A stretch of 64,000 bases of DNA from an uncultured Acidobacteriota bacterium. Its GTDB lineage: Bacteria > Acidobacteriota > UBA6911. Position numbers and translations under genes: made by a program. Shown piece after piece: positions 18,578 through 27,994 of this stretch (the first letter of the stretch is position 1; each line of letters begins with the position of its first letter). Location: the NCBI GenBank assembly GCA_963809485.1, contig CAWEJX010000017.1, forward strand, positions 96,001 through 160,000, given 5' to 3'. Below the pieces are notes generated by a model that saw only the letters and a program-made list of their open reading frames with translations, made no database searches and was not told where the DNA came from.

Positions 18578-19732
18578 ATGAAGCAAAGAATCTATCTTGA
18601 TAACAGCGCAACAACCCGCGTAGACGAGCGGGTTGTTGAAGCCATGCTGCCCTGTTTCCGCGAAAATTTCGGCAATGCCAGCTCGGTTCATTTGTTTGGC
18701 CAGGAAGCCCGCGCAATCGTCGAAGCTGCCAGGCGGTCCGTTGCCGGCTTGCTGGGTGCGGACACACGGGAAATCGTGTTCACTTCCGGCGGCACCGAAT
18801 CCGACAATTCCGCCCTCTGGGGGATTTTCCGCAGCGGCTACCGCCCCGGCAAACACATCATCACTACCAGAATCGAGCACCCGGCAATACTGGAAACCTG
18901 CAAGGCGCTGGAAAGCGCCGGAGCTGAAATCACCTACTTGCCCGTCGGCAGTTCGGGAAAAGTGGATCCCGAAGCGGTGGAAGCCGCGGTCCGCGGAAAT
19001 ACCATCCTCATATCCGTGATGCACGCAAACAACGAGACCGGAGTGATCCAGCCTGTCACCGAAATAAGTTCCATCGCCAAACGGCACGGGATTTTATTCC
19101 ATACTGATGCAGTGCAATCGGTCGGCAAAATTCCCGTGGACGTCCAGGATCTGGGTGTGGACCTGCTTTCCATTTCAGGCCACAAACTCCATGGCCCGAA
19201 GGGCATTGGAGCCCTGTACGTCCGAAAGGGAACCAGAATGGCCCCGTTCATGACCGGAGGTTCGCAGGAGCGGAAACGCCGGGCGGGCACGGAGAACGTC
19301 CCGGCCATCGCAGGGCTCGGAGCGGCGGCTCTTTTGGCCGGAGAACGGCTGCCGGAAATGAGCACTCGCGTAGCGGAACTGCGGGACCGGCTCCAGGATC
19401 AGGCAATGGCCCGCATTGCCGGCACACGCATTAACGGCCAGGCGTTCCGGCTGCCCAACGTCGCCAATCTCTCTTTTGAAAACCTCGAGGGAGAGGCGGC
19501 AGTCATCGCCCTCGATCTTGAAGGGATCGCGGTTTCGACAGGGTCCGCCTGCTCATCCGGGGCTCTGGAACCCTCGCACGTACTGGTCGCCATGGGACTC
19601 CGGCCGGAAGTTGTTCAGAGCTCCCTGCGGTTCAGCCTATGCTGTTACACCACGCAGGAAGAAATCGACCGCACCGTTCAGACGCTGGAAGCCGTCATCC
19701 AAAGGCTGCGCAAGCTTTCACGGCGCGGGTGA
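18578..19732 (+). CDS. iscS: Cysteine desulfurase (IscS/NifS family)
   Basis: YLDNSATT, FTSGGTES, HTDAVQ, SGHKLHGPKG (PLP Lys) and STGSACSSG (catalytic Cys). Confidence 0.93.
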   Translation: MKQRIYLDNSATTRVDERVVEAMLPCFRENFGNASSVHLFGQEARAIVEAARRSVAGLLGADTREIVFTSGGTESDNSALWGIFRSGYRPGKHIITTRIEHPAILETCKALESAGAEITYLPVGSSGKVDPEAVEAAVRGNTILISVMHANNETGVIQPVTEISSIAKRHGILFHTDAVQSVGKIPVDVQDLGVDLLSISGHKLHGPKGIGALYVRKGTRMAPFMTGGSQERKRRAGTENVPAIAGLGAAALLAGERLPEMSTRVAELRDRLQDQAMARIAGTRINGQAFRLPNVANLSFENLEGEAAVIALDLEGIAVSTGSACSSGALEPSHVLVAMGLRPEVVQSSLRFSLCCYTTQEEIDRTVQTLEAVIQRLRKLSRRG

Positions 19733-19798
19733 AAGCCGAAACCCAATGTCCGCATTTCCGGCAGGCGCGGCCTCCTGGCCGCCTGCGAGATCTTTATG

Positions 19799-20017
19799 AA
19801 ACTGGTAGCCCCCCAGCTCTGCCTGGAGACTCACAGAGTTTGACAGTTCCAGTTTTATTTAACGCCGACATACACGGACAAAACGCTGACGATCGCCGAT
19901 TAATAAGGCAGCGGTCGGTGTGCAAGAGCCAATGTCAGCGGTTAGAGTCAGTGTAGTTCATCCAAGCGCTTTGAGCGGTATACAACCAAATCTCCGCCTC
20001 TGATGGAAGTAGTTGGC
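19799..20017 (+). mobile_element. Degenerate non-autonomous IS200/IS605-end element (PATE-like)
   Basis: Left end ccccccagctctgcctggagactcacagagtttgacag and a degraded right end aagcgctttgagcggt...; no ORF inside. Confidence 0.6.
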
Positions 20018-20122
20018 TTCATCGCCGGGCGGCCGGAAGGCGCTCCTAATGAAAATCCGCCGCAATACGGGACATACGCAACAAAACGCTCGCAATATCC
20101 GCAAGAAAAGTCTACCCTGTGA

Positions 20123-21325
20123 ATGCCTATGGATGGTTCGCCAGCAAAAGAAATCACTATCGGTTCCGCTATACCCTACACCCTGATATCCACTGCCGAG
20201 CGCTTCGAGGGCATGCTGAAAAACCTGATCCAGGCGCGCCGCCTGGCTATCGACATGGAAGCCGACAGCCTGTACCACTATTTTGAAAAAGTCTGCCTCA
20301 TCCAGATATCTACCGACCGCGACACCTACATACTCGATCCGCTGGCCGTTGAATCGGTGGCGAAGCTTGCCCCGCTGATGTCCGATCCTGCCGTGGAGAA
20401 GGTTTTTCATGCGGCAAGCTATGACGTTTACTGCCTTCGCCGCGACTATGGTTTTGCGTTCGCCAATATATTCGACACCCACGTCGCGGCCCAATTGCTG
20501 GGCCATGAGTTTCTGGGACTGGGAGTCTTGATGGAAGCGTTCCTCGGTATCCATCATTCGAAAAGGCGGCAGAGGGATGACTGGTCGCGGCGGCCGCTGG
20601 CGGCCGAACAGCTGGAATATGCGGCCATGGATACCCACTACCTGCTTCGATTGAGGGATGTGCTGGAACAGGAGCTGCAGCAGAAGGGGCGGATCAGCTG
20701 GGCGCGCGAGGAATTCGAAACCGAGGCGGCGGTGGAAAAAGTCGAAAAGGAATTCGACACGGAAGGCTTCCGCCGCATCAAGGGCTGCCGCGAACTGCCG
20801 CTTCAGGATCAGGCGGTGCTGAGGGCCCTCTATCTTTTCCGGGACAAGGTGGCCCGGACGCTGGATGTGCCGCCCTTCAAGGTGCTGAACAACTCCGTTC
20901 TCCTCGACCTGGTGCATAAGCCTCCGCAGTCGCCGCGCGACATGTTTAACAGGCACGGAATATCCAACCGGGTTGCCCGGAAATACGCCGGTGAAATACT
21001 GCAGACCATATCGGAAGCCCGTCGGCGAGGCCCGTCCTTTCTGGAAACGCCCGCCCACAATAACGGCAAGGCCCCAAGCCGCGCGGCCAAACGCCGCCTG
21101 GAAGCCTTAAAAGTTTGGCGCAAGGCGAGAGCCCAACAGCTGGAATTGCATGTGGGAGTTGTTTTCCCGGCGAATCTGCTGGAAAATCTGGCCGTCAATC
21201 CTCCCGGCAGCCTGGAGGAACTGTCGACCCTGCCCGGAATGCGCCGCTGGCGTATTCGGGAATTTGGGGAAGATGTGCTTCAGCTCCTTCATACGCAAGG
21301 CTCCCTTGTCGATCCGCCTGTATGA
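20123..21325 (+). CDS. rnd: Ribonuclease D (3'-5' exonuclease plus HRDC domains)
   Basis: AIDMEADS, CLIQIST, KVFHAASYD, FDTHVAAQLLG, DWSRRPL and YAAMDT motifs; two HRDC domains. Confidence 0.9.
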   Translation: MPMDGSPAKEITIGSAIPYTLISTAERFEGMLKNLIQARRLAIDMEADSLYHYFEKVCLIQISTDRDTYILDPLAVESVAKLAPLMSDPAVEKVFHAASYDVYCLRRDYGFAFANIFDTHVAAQLLGHEFLGLGVLMEAFLGIHHSKRRQRDDWSRRPLAAEQLEYAAMDTHYLLRLRDVLEQELQQKGRISWAREEFETEAAVEKVEKEFDTEGFRRIKGCRELPLQDQAVLRALYLFRDKVARTLDVPPFKVLNNSVLLDLVHKPPQSPRDMFNRHGISNRVARKYAGEILQTISEARRRGPSFLETPAHNNGKAPSRAAKRRLEALKVWRKARAQQLELHVGVVFPANLLENLAVNPPGSLEELSTLPGMRRWRIREFGEDVLQLLHTQGSLVDPPV

Positions 21326-21485
21326 ACGGCTGAAGCGCGATACTTTTGAGGATCCCGATCCCGGGCTTTAGCGTCTGTTCCCTGCCCCGAGTTTGGGTTC
21401 TGAAGGTTGACCGGATCGAATTCGGTAGGGTGAACGGTCGCCTCATTCACCCGTGCTTCTCCGTGTCGAAAGCTGATGCCGAACC

Positions 21486-22499
21486 GTGAAAAACTTTCGC
21501 CTTAAAACAAGCTGGCTCTACCACCCTGTCACGATCTTCCTCCTCATCCAGATCCTCTGGATCCTGCTGATGGTTGTCTGGATACGGTGGTACCTCGAAA
21601 AACATTCCCAGTTGCGCGAAATGGCGCAGAGGCTGAGGACCCAGGTTGAAGTCGAGGGATTCGGCTGGATGCCGCTTTTTGAAGGGGGCCTGCTCCTCAC
21701 CCTGATACTGGCCGGCGTTACCGTGATTTTCATCTACTGGATCAAACAGCACCGCTTGAACAAGATGCAGCGCAATTTCGTCTCCAATGTCACCCACGAG
21801 CTCAAATCCCCCGTCGCTTCAATTCAGCTGGCATTGGAAACCATGGCCCTGCGGGACCTATCGGAAGAGAAAAAGCGCGAATACATTTCCATGATGCTCG
21901 ACGACACCGAGCGTCTGTCGATGCTGATCGACCGGATCCTTGGCGCCGCGAGGATTGAAAGGAAGCAAAGTCGCTACCGGCTGGAGAGCGTCAGCATGCG
22001 CCATTTCCTCGAGGACTTCATTGCCGAAGACCGCCATCTCTACGAAAAGGACCGCCATCTCATCGTGCTCGAAAAGGGCAAGGATGCCCGCGTTGCCATC
22101 GATCGACCCGCAATGCGCGTGGTGCTGGCAAACCTCCTCGAGAACGCGGCCCGGTATTCGCCGCCAGGCTCAAAAATCCGCCTGAAGCTGCACAGGGATT
22201 TGCGCAGCTGCCGCCTGGACGTCATCGACAGCGGGACCGGGATTACGGGCAAAGACCTTAAAAACATCTTCAAAATGTTCTGGAGAGGATCCGAAGGCTC
22301 GGCGGCGCGCGTCCCAGGCACCGGTCTGGGTCTTTATATTGTGCGGAACATCGTGAAGGATCACCACGGAAAGGTCTGGGCTTCAAGCCAGGGAATGGGC
22401 CGCGGAACCACCTTCAGCGTGCGCCTGCCCCGCTCCCGCAAGTATTGGAGCCTTGCCAGGCGCAGAAACCTGAATCCCCAGGCTGAGAGCAGGGCCTGA
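21486..22499 (+). CDS. Sensor histidine kinase
   Basis: Two TM segments; H-box THELKSP, N-box NLLENAARY, DSGTG and GTGLGL. Confidence 0.93.
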   Translation: MKNFRLKTSWLYHPVTIFLLIQILWILLMVVWIRWYLEKHSQLREMAQRLRTQVEVEGFGWMPLFEGGLLLTLILAGVTVIFIYWIKQHRLNKMQRNFVSNVTHELKSPVASIQLALETMALRDLSEEKKREYISMMLDDTERLSMLIDRILGAARIERKQSRYRLESVSMRHFLEDFIAEDRHLYEKDRHLIVLEKGKDARVAIDRPAMRVVLANLLENAARYSPPGSKIRLKLHRDLRSCRLDVIDSGTGITGKDLKNIFKMFWRGSEGSAARVPGTGLGLYIVRNIVKDHHGKVWASSQGMGRGTTFSVRLPRSRKYWSLARRRNLNPQAESRA

Positions 22500-22513
22500 A
22501 AGACTGGAATCCG

Positions 22514-23215
22514 ATGAGTGCACCCAAGCGCAGGATACTCCTTGTTGAAGACGAGCTGAACATCGCGCGGCCGGTCCAGTTCAACCTTGAGCAGGAAGGG
22601 TACGAGGTCCGGTCTACCCCCAGCGGCAAAGAGGCGCTGGCGCTGCAGGCACGCGAGCCTTTCGACCTGATCATCCTGGATCTTATGCTGGAGGAGGTGG
22701 ACGGATTCGAAGTGGCGCGCCAGGTTCGCCAGCGCGACAAGAAGCTGCCGATTCTCATGCTCACAGCCAGATCCGCGGTGCAGGACCGCATCCACGGACT
22801 TGAACTGGGCGCGGATGATTACATCGTCAAGCCCTTTCATTTGCGCGAGCTGCTGCTGAGAGTCGAGCGGATGATGCAGCGCTCCTCCTGGTACGCTCCC
22901 GGACCGTACCTCTCAAGAAAAGTAACCGTCGCCAGCTACGTCGTCGATTTCGACAAGCTCAGCTGCGAAGGGCCTGGCGGCAAGCTGCAGCTTACGGCCC
23001 TGGAGGCGGACCTGCTCGAAACTCTGACATCGCAGCCCAACCGCGTTTTCTCGCGGGGCGAGCTCCTGGAAAAAGTATGGGGATATCACTCAGAGGTTGA
23101 AACCCGTACCGTGGATAACTTCATCGTACGCCTGAGAAAGTATTTTGAGACGGAACCGGATCGGCCTCGCCACTTCGTCAGCCTCAGGGGAAAAGGCTAC
23201 ATGTACGTGCCTTGA
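22514..23215 (+). CDS. OmpR-family response regulator
   Basis: LLVEDE, IILDLML and GADDYIVKPF motifs; winged-helix RTVDNFIVRLRK. Confidence 0.95.
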   Translation: MSAPKRRILLVEDELNIARPVQFNLEQEGYEVRSTPSGKEALALQAREPFDLIILDLMLEEVDGFEVARQVRQRDKKLPILMLTARSAVQDRIHGLELGADDYIVKPFHLRELLLRVERMMQRSSWYAPGPYLSRKVTVASYVVDFDKLSCEGPGGKLQLTALEADLLETLTSQPNRVFSRGELLEKVWGYHSEVETRTVDNFIVRLRKYFETEPDRPRHFVSLRGKGYMYVP

Positions 23216-23273
23216 GGATTCGTTATTCGGAATTGCGGGTTATGGGTTTTGAATCTCGAATTTCGAATCCCAT

Positions 23274-23474
23274 GTCAGGCACCTCCGGCAAAGCCGGAGG
23301 CTTGAAAGATTGGAACCGCTCAAAGCGGTTGGAGGAGTTACGCCGGTCTTGAACGCTGACTTACGCCGACCCTCGCCGAACAAATCGGCGTCTTTCAGCG
23401 CTTTTATCAGCGTTTCAAAATACGGAGCTGCCAAACTCTTTGAGTCCACCGGCAGAGCCGGGGGTTTACCAATG
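23274..23474 (-). mobile_element. Non-autonomous IS200/IS605-end element (PATE-like), ~200 bp
   Basis: Hairpins cctccggcaaagccggagg and aaccgctcaaagcggtt at one end, ccaccggcagagccggggg at the other; near-identical to 62654..63039 minus that copy's insert. Confidence 0.7.
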
Positions 23475-23477
23475 TAA

Positions 23478-24398
23478 TTACGGCTGAGCCGCTTTGGGCG
23501 CGTAGTAGCCTTTTCTCGCGCGAATCCGCACGCCGTTCCCTTTGCATCGAACAGAGATCGCGCGAAATTTGCCGTCCTTGTTTTTGTTGGTCGAACTGTA
23601 GGCCAGGCTGTATTGCCCCAGGAGTTCCTCCCCGATGGAGCGGAAAGCAGCCTGTATCTCCTCAAGGCGGGCCCGCGGCGAGAAAAAGGCTCCCCCTGTT
23701 TCCTCGGCGAATTTCTTGAGCACGCCAAAATTGCTGCCGTATTCGTCACTGCGGACCCCGATCCCGTAAATGAGCACATCGCTTCGCTGGGCGGCCTCGA
23801 TGGCCGCCTCTTTGCGCAGTTTGCTGGAAGTGTCCTCGCCGTCGCTGATCACAACCATAACCTTCCGCCCCGCTTCGTGGCGCAGCTTCTCTTCGGCGGC
23901 GAGAAAAACTGCGTCATACAGTGAGGTGCTGTTCCCGGCCTTGAGGCCGTTCAGAGCGTTGATGAGATCATCCTGACTTTGTGTAAAGTCCTGAACCAGG
24001 TTTACCTCTGAGTCAAACTGGATGATCAGAGCCAGGTCTTTGTTGGGCCGAAGCACTTCCCTGAAAAACTCCGCAGCCGTGGTTTTTTCATAGTCCAGCT
24101 TGTTTCTCACGCTGCCGCTGGTATCGATGAGCAAAGCGATCGTGAGGGGCACCTGACTGCCCTTGCCCAATTCGCTGAAATACTCGATGGTCTGGGGCTG
24201 CCCGTTTTCAGTTATCTGGAAATCATTCGCCTTTAGGCCTCGAACCGGCCTTCCGCCCCGGTCCACGGCTGTGAAAATAACGTCCACCAGCGCAACTTCG
24301 GCCCGGATGATCGTCTGCGAATCCTGTCCGGAGACTTCGGCGGCCAGAAAGCCGGGAATCATCAAAACCATAATTATTGAACCTAGCAGAAGCTTCAT
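23478..24398 (-). CDS. VWA-domain exported protein (Acidobacterial type)
   Basis: Signal peptide; DFQITENGQPQ, LLIDTSGS (MIDAS), TSLYDAV, ISDGED and VRIRARKGYYA motifs. Confidence 0.9.
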   Translation of the reverse strand: MKLLLGSIIMVLMIPGFLAAEVSGQDSQTIIRAEVALVDVIFTAVDRGGRPVRGLKANDFQITENGQPQTIEYFSELGKGSQVPLTIALLIDTSGSVRNKLDYEKTTAAEFFREVLRPNKDLALIIQFDSEVNLVQDFTQSQDDLINALNGLKAGNSTSLYDAVFLAAEEKLRHEAGRKVMVVISDGEDTSSKLRKEAAIEAAQRSDVLIYGIGVRSDEYGSNFGVLKKFAEETGGAFFSPRARLEEIQAAFRSIGEELLGQYSLAYSSTNKNKDGKFRAISVRCKGNGVRIRARKGYYAPKAAQP

Positions 24399-24492
24399 AG
24401 TTTTGATCGAGGCCGCGTCGCCATGCCGGCTGATTCGCCGGTCCCAGGGGTGCGTCCGTGATCCTTTCCACCAATAGGGATGCAGATTTCGG

Positions 24493-25203
24493 CTATGAGT
24501 TTTCCCGGGAGAACAAAATGCGGGAGCAGCTGTCGCAGAATTGTATGTTTTCCGTGCGGAGCAGATCGGCATACATCTGCGGCCGTATGCGGACATGGCA
24601 AGCGCTGCAAAGCTCGTCTTTAGCCTCAGCCAGAGCAATCCCTTTCCGCACCTCCGCGATCCGCCGATAGCGGGAGAGCAGCTCCGCCTCGATGCGGGAC
24701 TCCATCCCGGCCCTTTCCTCTTCCAGCTTCGCGAGTTCCAGTTCCAGCACCGGGGCGGATTCGTTCGTTTGCCGGATAGCTTCCTGGAGTTCAGCGGTTC
24801 TCCTCGAAACTTCCTTCTCGGAAGTCTTGAGATCATTATCCATGCCCTCTGCCTCTTCCATGACTTCCAGTATCTTGTCCTCTTCGCCCCGGATGTGCTC
24901 CTCGGCCGTCTGGATTTCATGGAGCATGGCGGTATATTCCTTGTTGGTCTTGACCGACATGAGCTGGTCCTTGAGCCGTGAAAGCTTGGATCTGAGCATA
25001 TCAACATCACCCTCGAGGGTTCGCCTGCGGTTGGAGAGCTCCTTCGTGCGCACGACGCGCGCCTGGTGCTCGGTCTGAACCTGTTGAAGCTCGTTGTTCA
25101 GGCTTTGGACATGAGTTGGAATACTGGAGATCTGTTTATGCAGACTGGCGATCTTAAGCTCGATGTCTTGAAGGGCTATCAGGTTCCGAAGCTCGGGATT
25201 CAC
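24493..25203 (-). CDS. Coiled-coil protein with C4 zinc ribbon (DUF164/CT398-like)
   Basis: LIALQDIE, KTNKEYTAMLHEI and C-terminal CSACH..CDSCSRIL motifs. Confidence 0.9.
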   Translation of the reverse strand: MNPELRNLIALQDIELKIASLHKQISSIPTHVQSLNNELQQVQTEHQARVVRTKELSNRRRTLEGDVDMLRSKLSRLKDQLMSVKTNKEYTAMLHEIQTAEEHIRGEEDKILEVMEEAEGMDNDLKTSEKEVSRRTAELQEAIRQTNESAPVLELELAKLEEERAGMESRIEAELLSRYRRIAEVRKGIALAEAKDELCSACHVRIRPQMYADLLRTENIQFCDSCSRILFSRENS

Positions 25204-25399
25204 CTGGTTGCCCCCTCCAAGTTTGAATGACCGGAGGAGGACACCGCCCGCAGCTGAAGCGGGCTATCGTACCTGCAATCTCGGCATGGGTTGCGCTGTG
25301 CTACCATATTATCCGTCTACAAACGGCTTAATATATACTTTGGAAACCGGATCTGTCAATGTCGCCCTTAAATCGGATTCACCGGAGAACCCTTCAAAT

Positions 25400-25882
25400 A
25401 TGAGAGCCGTCGTTCAGAGAGTCAGCCGTGCAGAGGTTGTAGTAGGGAATGAGTCCGTGGCCCGCATAGGGGAAGGACTTCTGGCGCTGGTAGCCATCTC
25501 GCGCCGGGACAGCGAGAGAGACCTGAACTGGATGGCCAGGAAGATAATCGAATTGCGGATCTTCGACGACAGCCACGGTAAGCTGAATCTGAGCCTAAAG
25601 GATATCGGCGGCCAGCTGCTCCTGGTATCGCAGTTCACTCTTTATGGAGACTGCCAGAAGGGCCGCCGTCCTTCCTACATAGAAGCCGCCGCTCCCGCGC
25701 AAGCCGAGGCTCTTTACCGCGATTTTGTTGAAATCGTCCGCGGGCAGATCCCCGGAGTTCAGACGGGGCAATTTCAGGCCTCGATGGAAGTCTCCCTGAC
25801 GAATTCGGGCCCCGTCACCCTGATTCTCGACAGCCCAAAGTGGGACAGTCACCAGTGTCCCCATCAGGATGGCCGTGGATGA
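25400..25882 (+). CDS. dtd: D-aminoacyl-tRNA deacylase
   Basis: MRAVVQRV, LRIF, SQFTL, KGRRPS and NSGPVT motifs. Confidence 0.96.
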   Translation: MRAVVQRVSRAEVVVGNESVARIGEGLLALVAISRRDSERDLNWMARKIIELRIFDDSHGKLNLSLKDIGGQLLLVSQFTLYGDCQKGRRPSYIEAAAPAQAEALYRDFVEIVRGQIPGVQTGQFQASMEVSLTNSGPVTLILDSPKWDSHQCPHQDGRG

Positions 25883-25931
25883 GCGTCACTACTTTCCCTG
25901 CGCAAGTGGGACACTTGTGACTGTCCCACTT
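25838..25931. repeat. REP/REPIN-like doublet palindrome
   Basis: 24-bp arms aagtgggacagtcaccagtgtccc / gggacacttgtgactgtcccactt (23/24 complementary); related copy at 59336. Confidence 0.75.
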
Positions 25932-25968
25932 GATTATGGGGGAGCTGCTTCCGTAAGATTGCTATGGT

Positions 25969-26559
25969 ATGAATTCGAACAAATTTCGCGTGAACCTGCT
26001 CTTTGCCCTTGTGGTTGCAGCGCTTGGATTGACCGCCGTCACTTTCCTTCTCAGGAATCGGGATCAGACGCCGATTCGTCCGCCCGCGGCTGAGGGTGCG
26101 TCCGGCAGTTCGTTGCCCGAAAACCATCCCCCGCTCGACTCCGCAAAAAATCTTGCGGCGCTCGAGCAGCTGAGCGCAAAGGATCCTGCAAACGCCGATT
26201 ACGTGACACAGATTGCGAATATATATTATGACCTCGGCCAGTACGAAAAGGCCGCCGACGCCTATCAGAGGAGCCTGAAGGTCCGCCCCGGGGACGCGAG
26301 CGCGGAAACCGACCTTGCTTCCTGCTTCCATTACCTGGGTCAGCACGACAAAGCCCTGGAAACGCTGAACAATGTTCTGACATACAGTCCGAACTTCGCC
26401 CAAGCCCTTTTCAATAAAGGGATTGTTTTGATAAGCGGCAAGAAGGATATCCGCGGCGGGATTGCGGTTTGGGAAGAGTTGCTTCGACTGGATCCCGATT
26501 TTTCACGGAAAGCGGATCTGGAACAAAGGATCAACAGACTGAAGGCGTCCGCCAAATAG
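25969..26559 (+). CDS. TPR protein with N-terminal TM and LPENHP motif
   Basis: TM helix; LPENHPP; TPR repeats (IANIYYDLGQYEKAADAY). Confidence 0.85.
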   Translation: MNSNKFRVNLLFALVVAALGLTAVTFLLRNRDQTPIRPPAAEGASGSSLPENHPPLDSAKNLAALEQLSAKDPANADYVTQIANIYYDLGQYEKAADAYQRSLKVRPGDASAETDLASCFHYLGQHDKALETLNNVLTYSPNFAQALFNKGIVLISGKKDIRGGIAVWEELLRLDPDFSRKADLEQRINRLKASAK

Positions 26560-26580
26560 GCGTCCGACTATCGCAAAACT

Positions 26581-26871
26581 ATGCTCTCAATACTGCTTAG
26601 AATATTGTCGCTGGCGTTCGTTATCTGGCTCCTGAGACGCTTTCTGGCCGCCATACTGGGCAAAACGGGTTCCGGCAAGCCCGCGAGCAATTTCCCAAAA
26701 TCAGCGCAAAAAATGGTCAAAGACCCTGTCTGCGGAATGTATATGGATTCGCGGCTGGCTGTCCGGCTTGAGGAGGGCAAGGAGGTTGTCTATTTCTGTT
26801 CCGAGGGCTGCAGGAATAAGTACCTCAAAAAGCCGCCCGCTGACGTGGCCGGGCCGGCCGCAGCAGGCTAG
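26581..26871 (+). CDS. YHS/TRASH domain protein
   Basis: KDPVCGMY...YFCSEGC; N-terminal TM. Confidence 0.88.
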   Translation: MLSILLRILSLAFVIWLLRRFLAAILGKTGSGKPASNFPKSAQKMVKDPVCGMYMDSRLAVRLEEGKEVVYFCSEGCRNKYLKKPPADVAGPAAAG

Positions 26872-26986
26872 GAGTCTTTTGATTAGAAAGTTTACACGAT
26901 AAAATCGTGCGCACCTGAGCTATTTCGCTTTAAAAAGAATGTTTTGAGATCGTATAATGCCTCGTTTGAACTAATGATCAACCCGA

Positions 26987-27757
26987 TTGAGGTCCAGCGA
27001 CGTGGCCGACGCGAACAAGCCCCTCCCAAAAAAGTCCAAACACTTCTCCGATGACATGATCCACAATTGCCTTGCGACCATGGAATCGGGCGACATCGAA
27101 GATCTGTTTGAAATCATCCCGCGGATCGGCGTTCTGCGCGATCCGAGTTTCAGCCAGCCGCTTTTGTCTCTTCTGGAGCATCGCGATATCAGGCGGCGGG
27201 AATTTGCCGCTTACGCCATGGGCGCCATAGGAAGCAGAAAATTCGTCGGGCCCCTCAAGAAAGCATTCCTGGAGACGCGGAAGCTTAAAGGATTTGGCGC
27301 CCAGGATCTGCAGATCGCCATCATCGAGGCTATCGGGGTCATTGGCGATGATGCGGCCGTGGAATTCTTCCTTCCGGTCCTGAAAACCTGCTGTGCCACG
27401 ATGGCTTCCCGCGAACAAAAAGGCACGGGAAAAAATGCGGAAAGAATGTGCAAATGGATCATCGAATCCCTGGGTGCAATCGCCCAGCAGGGCGGGCCGC
27501 GATCCCTGGATGCTTTGCTTGAGCTCACATCCCACCCGAACCCGGAGATTCAGGCTCAGGCGCTTTCGGAAATTTCCGTGGCATTCTGGCACAGGCCGAA
27601 CGAAGTGGACGACTCCACGCTGCAGAGAATTTACGAGCTTACCACTCACCGGGAAGCAGCGGTCGCGGATTCAGCGCTGGCCGCCCTGCAAAACCTTGCG
27701 GACGTCGGCTGCGCCAAAGCGGAAGCTATGTTCGCCACCTCTGAAGAAGAGGATTAA
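26987..27757 (+). CDS. HEAT repeat protein
   Basis: Repeated AAYAMGAIG / IIEAIGVIG / IIESLGAIA units. Confidence 0.8.
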   Translation: MRSSDVADANKPLPKKSKHFSDDMIHNCLATMESGDIEDLFEIIPRIGVLRDPSFSQPLLSLLEHRDIRRREFAAYAMGAIGSRKFVGPLKKAFLETRKLKGFGAQDLQIAIIEAIGVIGDDAAVEFFLPVLKTCCATMASREQKGTGKNAERMCKWIIESLGAIAQQGGPRSLDALLELTSHPNPEIQAQALSEISVAFWHRPNEVDDSTLQRIYELTTHREAAVADSALAALQNLADVGCAKAEAMFATSEEED

Positions 27758-27952
27758 GCCCCGGTCCCAGCCTGGTTCCCTGGCGTATATTTCCTTATTT
27801 CTCGCCGAATTCCGTATTCGCTTATCGGACGGCTCTGGAGAGCCCGTCCGCACTGGGCTTAGGACAGATATAGGGATTGTCTTTCGTGGCTTTCGTGTGT
27901 TTTGTATCGGGAGTTTTCAGGCCAAAACAGAGGGAGGCTCAAACGTTGGTAA

Positions 27953-27980
27953 GGGGGACGGCTGATTGCGGCCGTCCCCC
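27953..27980 (-). terminator. GC-rich hairpin, probable terminator
   Basis: gggggacggc...gccgtccccc located just past the stop of the gene at 27995. Confidence 0.5.
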
Positions 27981-27994
27981 GGAAAGCACGGGCA

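Noticed and set aside
24399-25010. 510-aa VWA ORF with long N-terminal extension
   Set aside because: The extension overlaps the zinc-ribbon gene in another frame. The real start is the signal-peptide Met at 24398.
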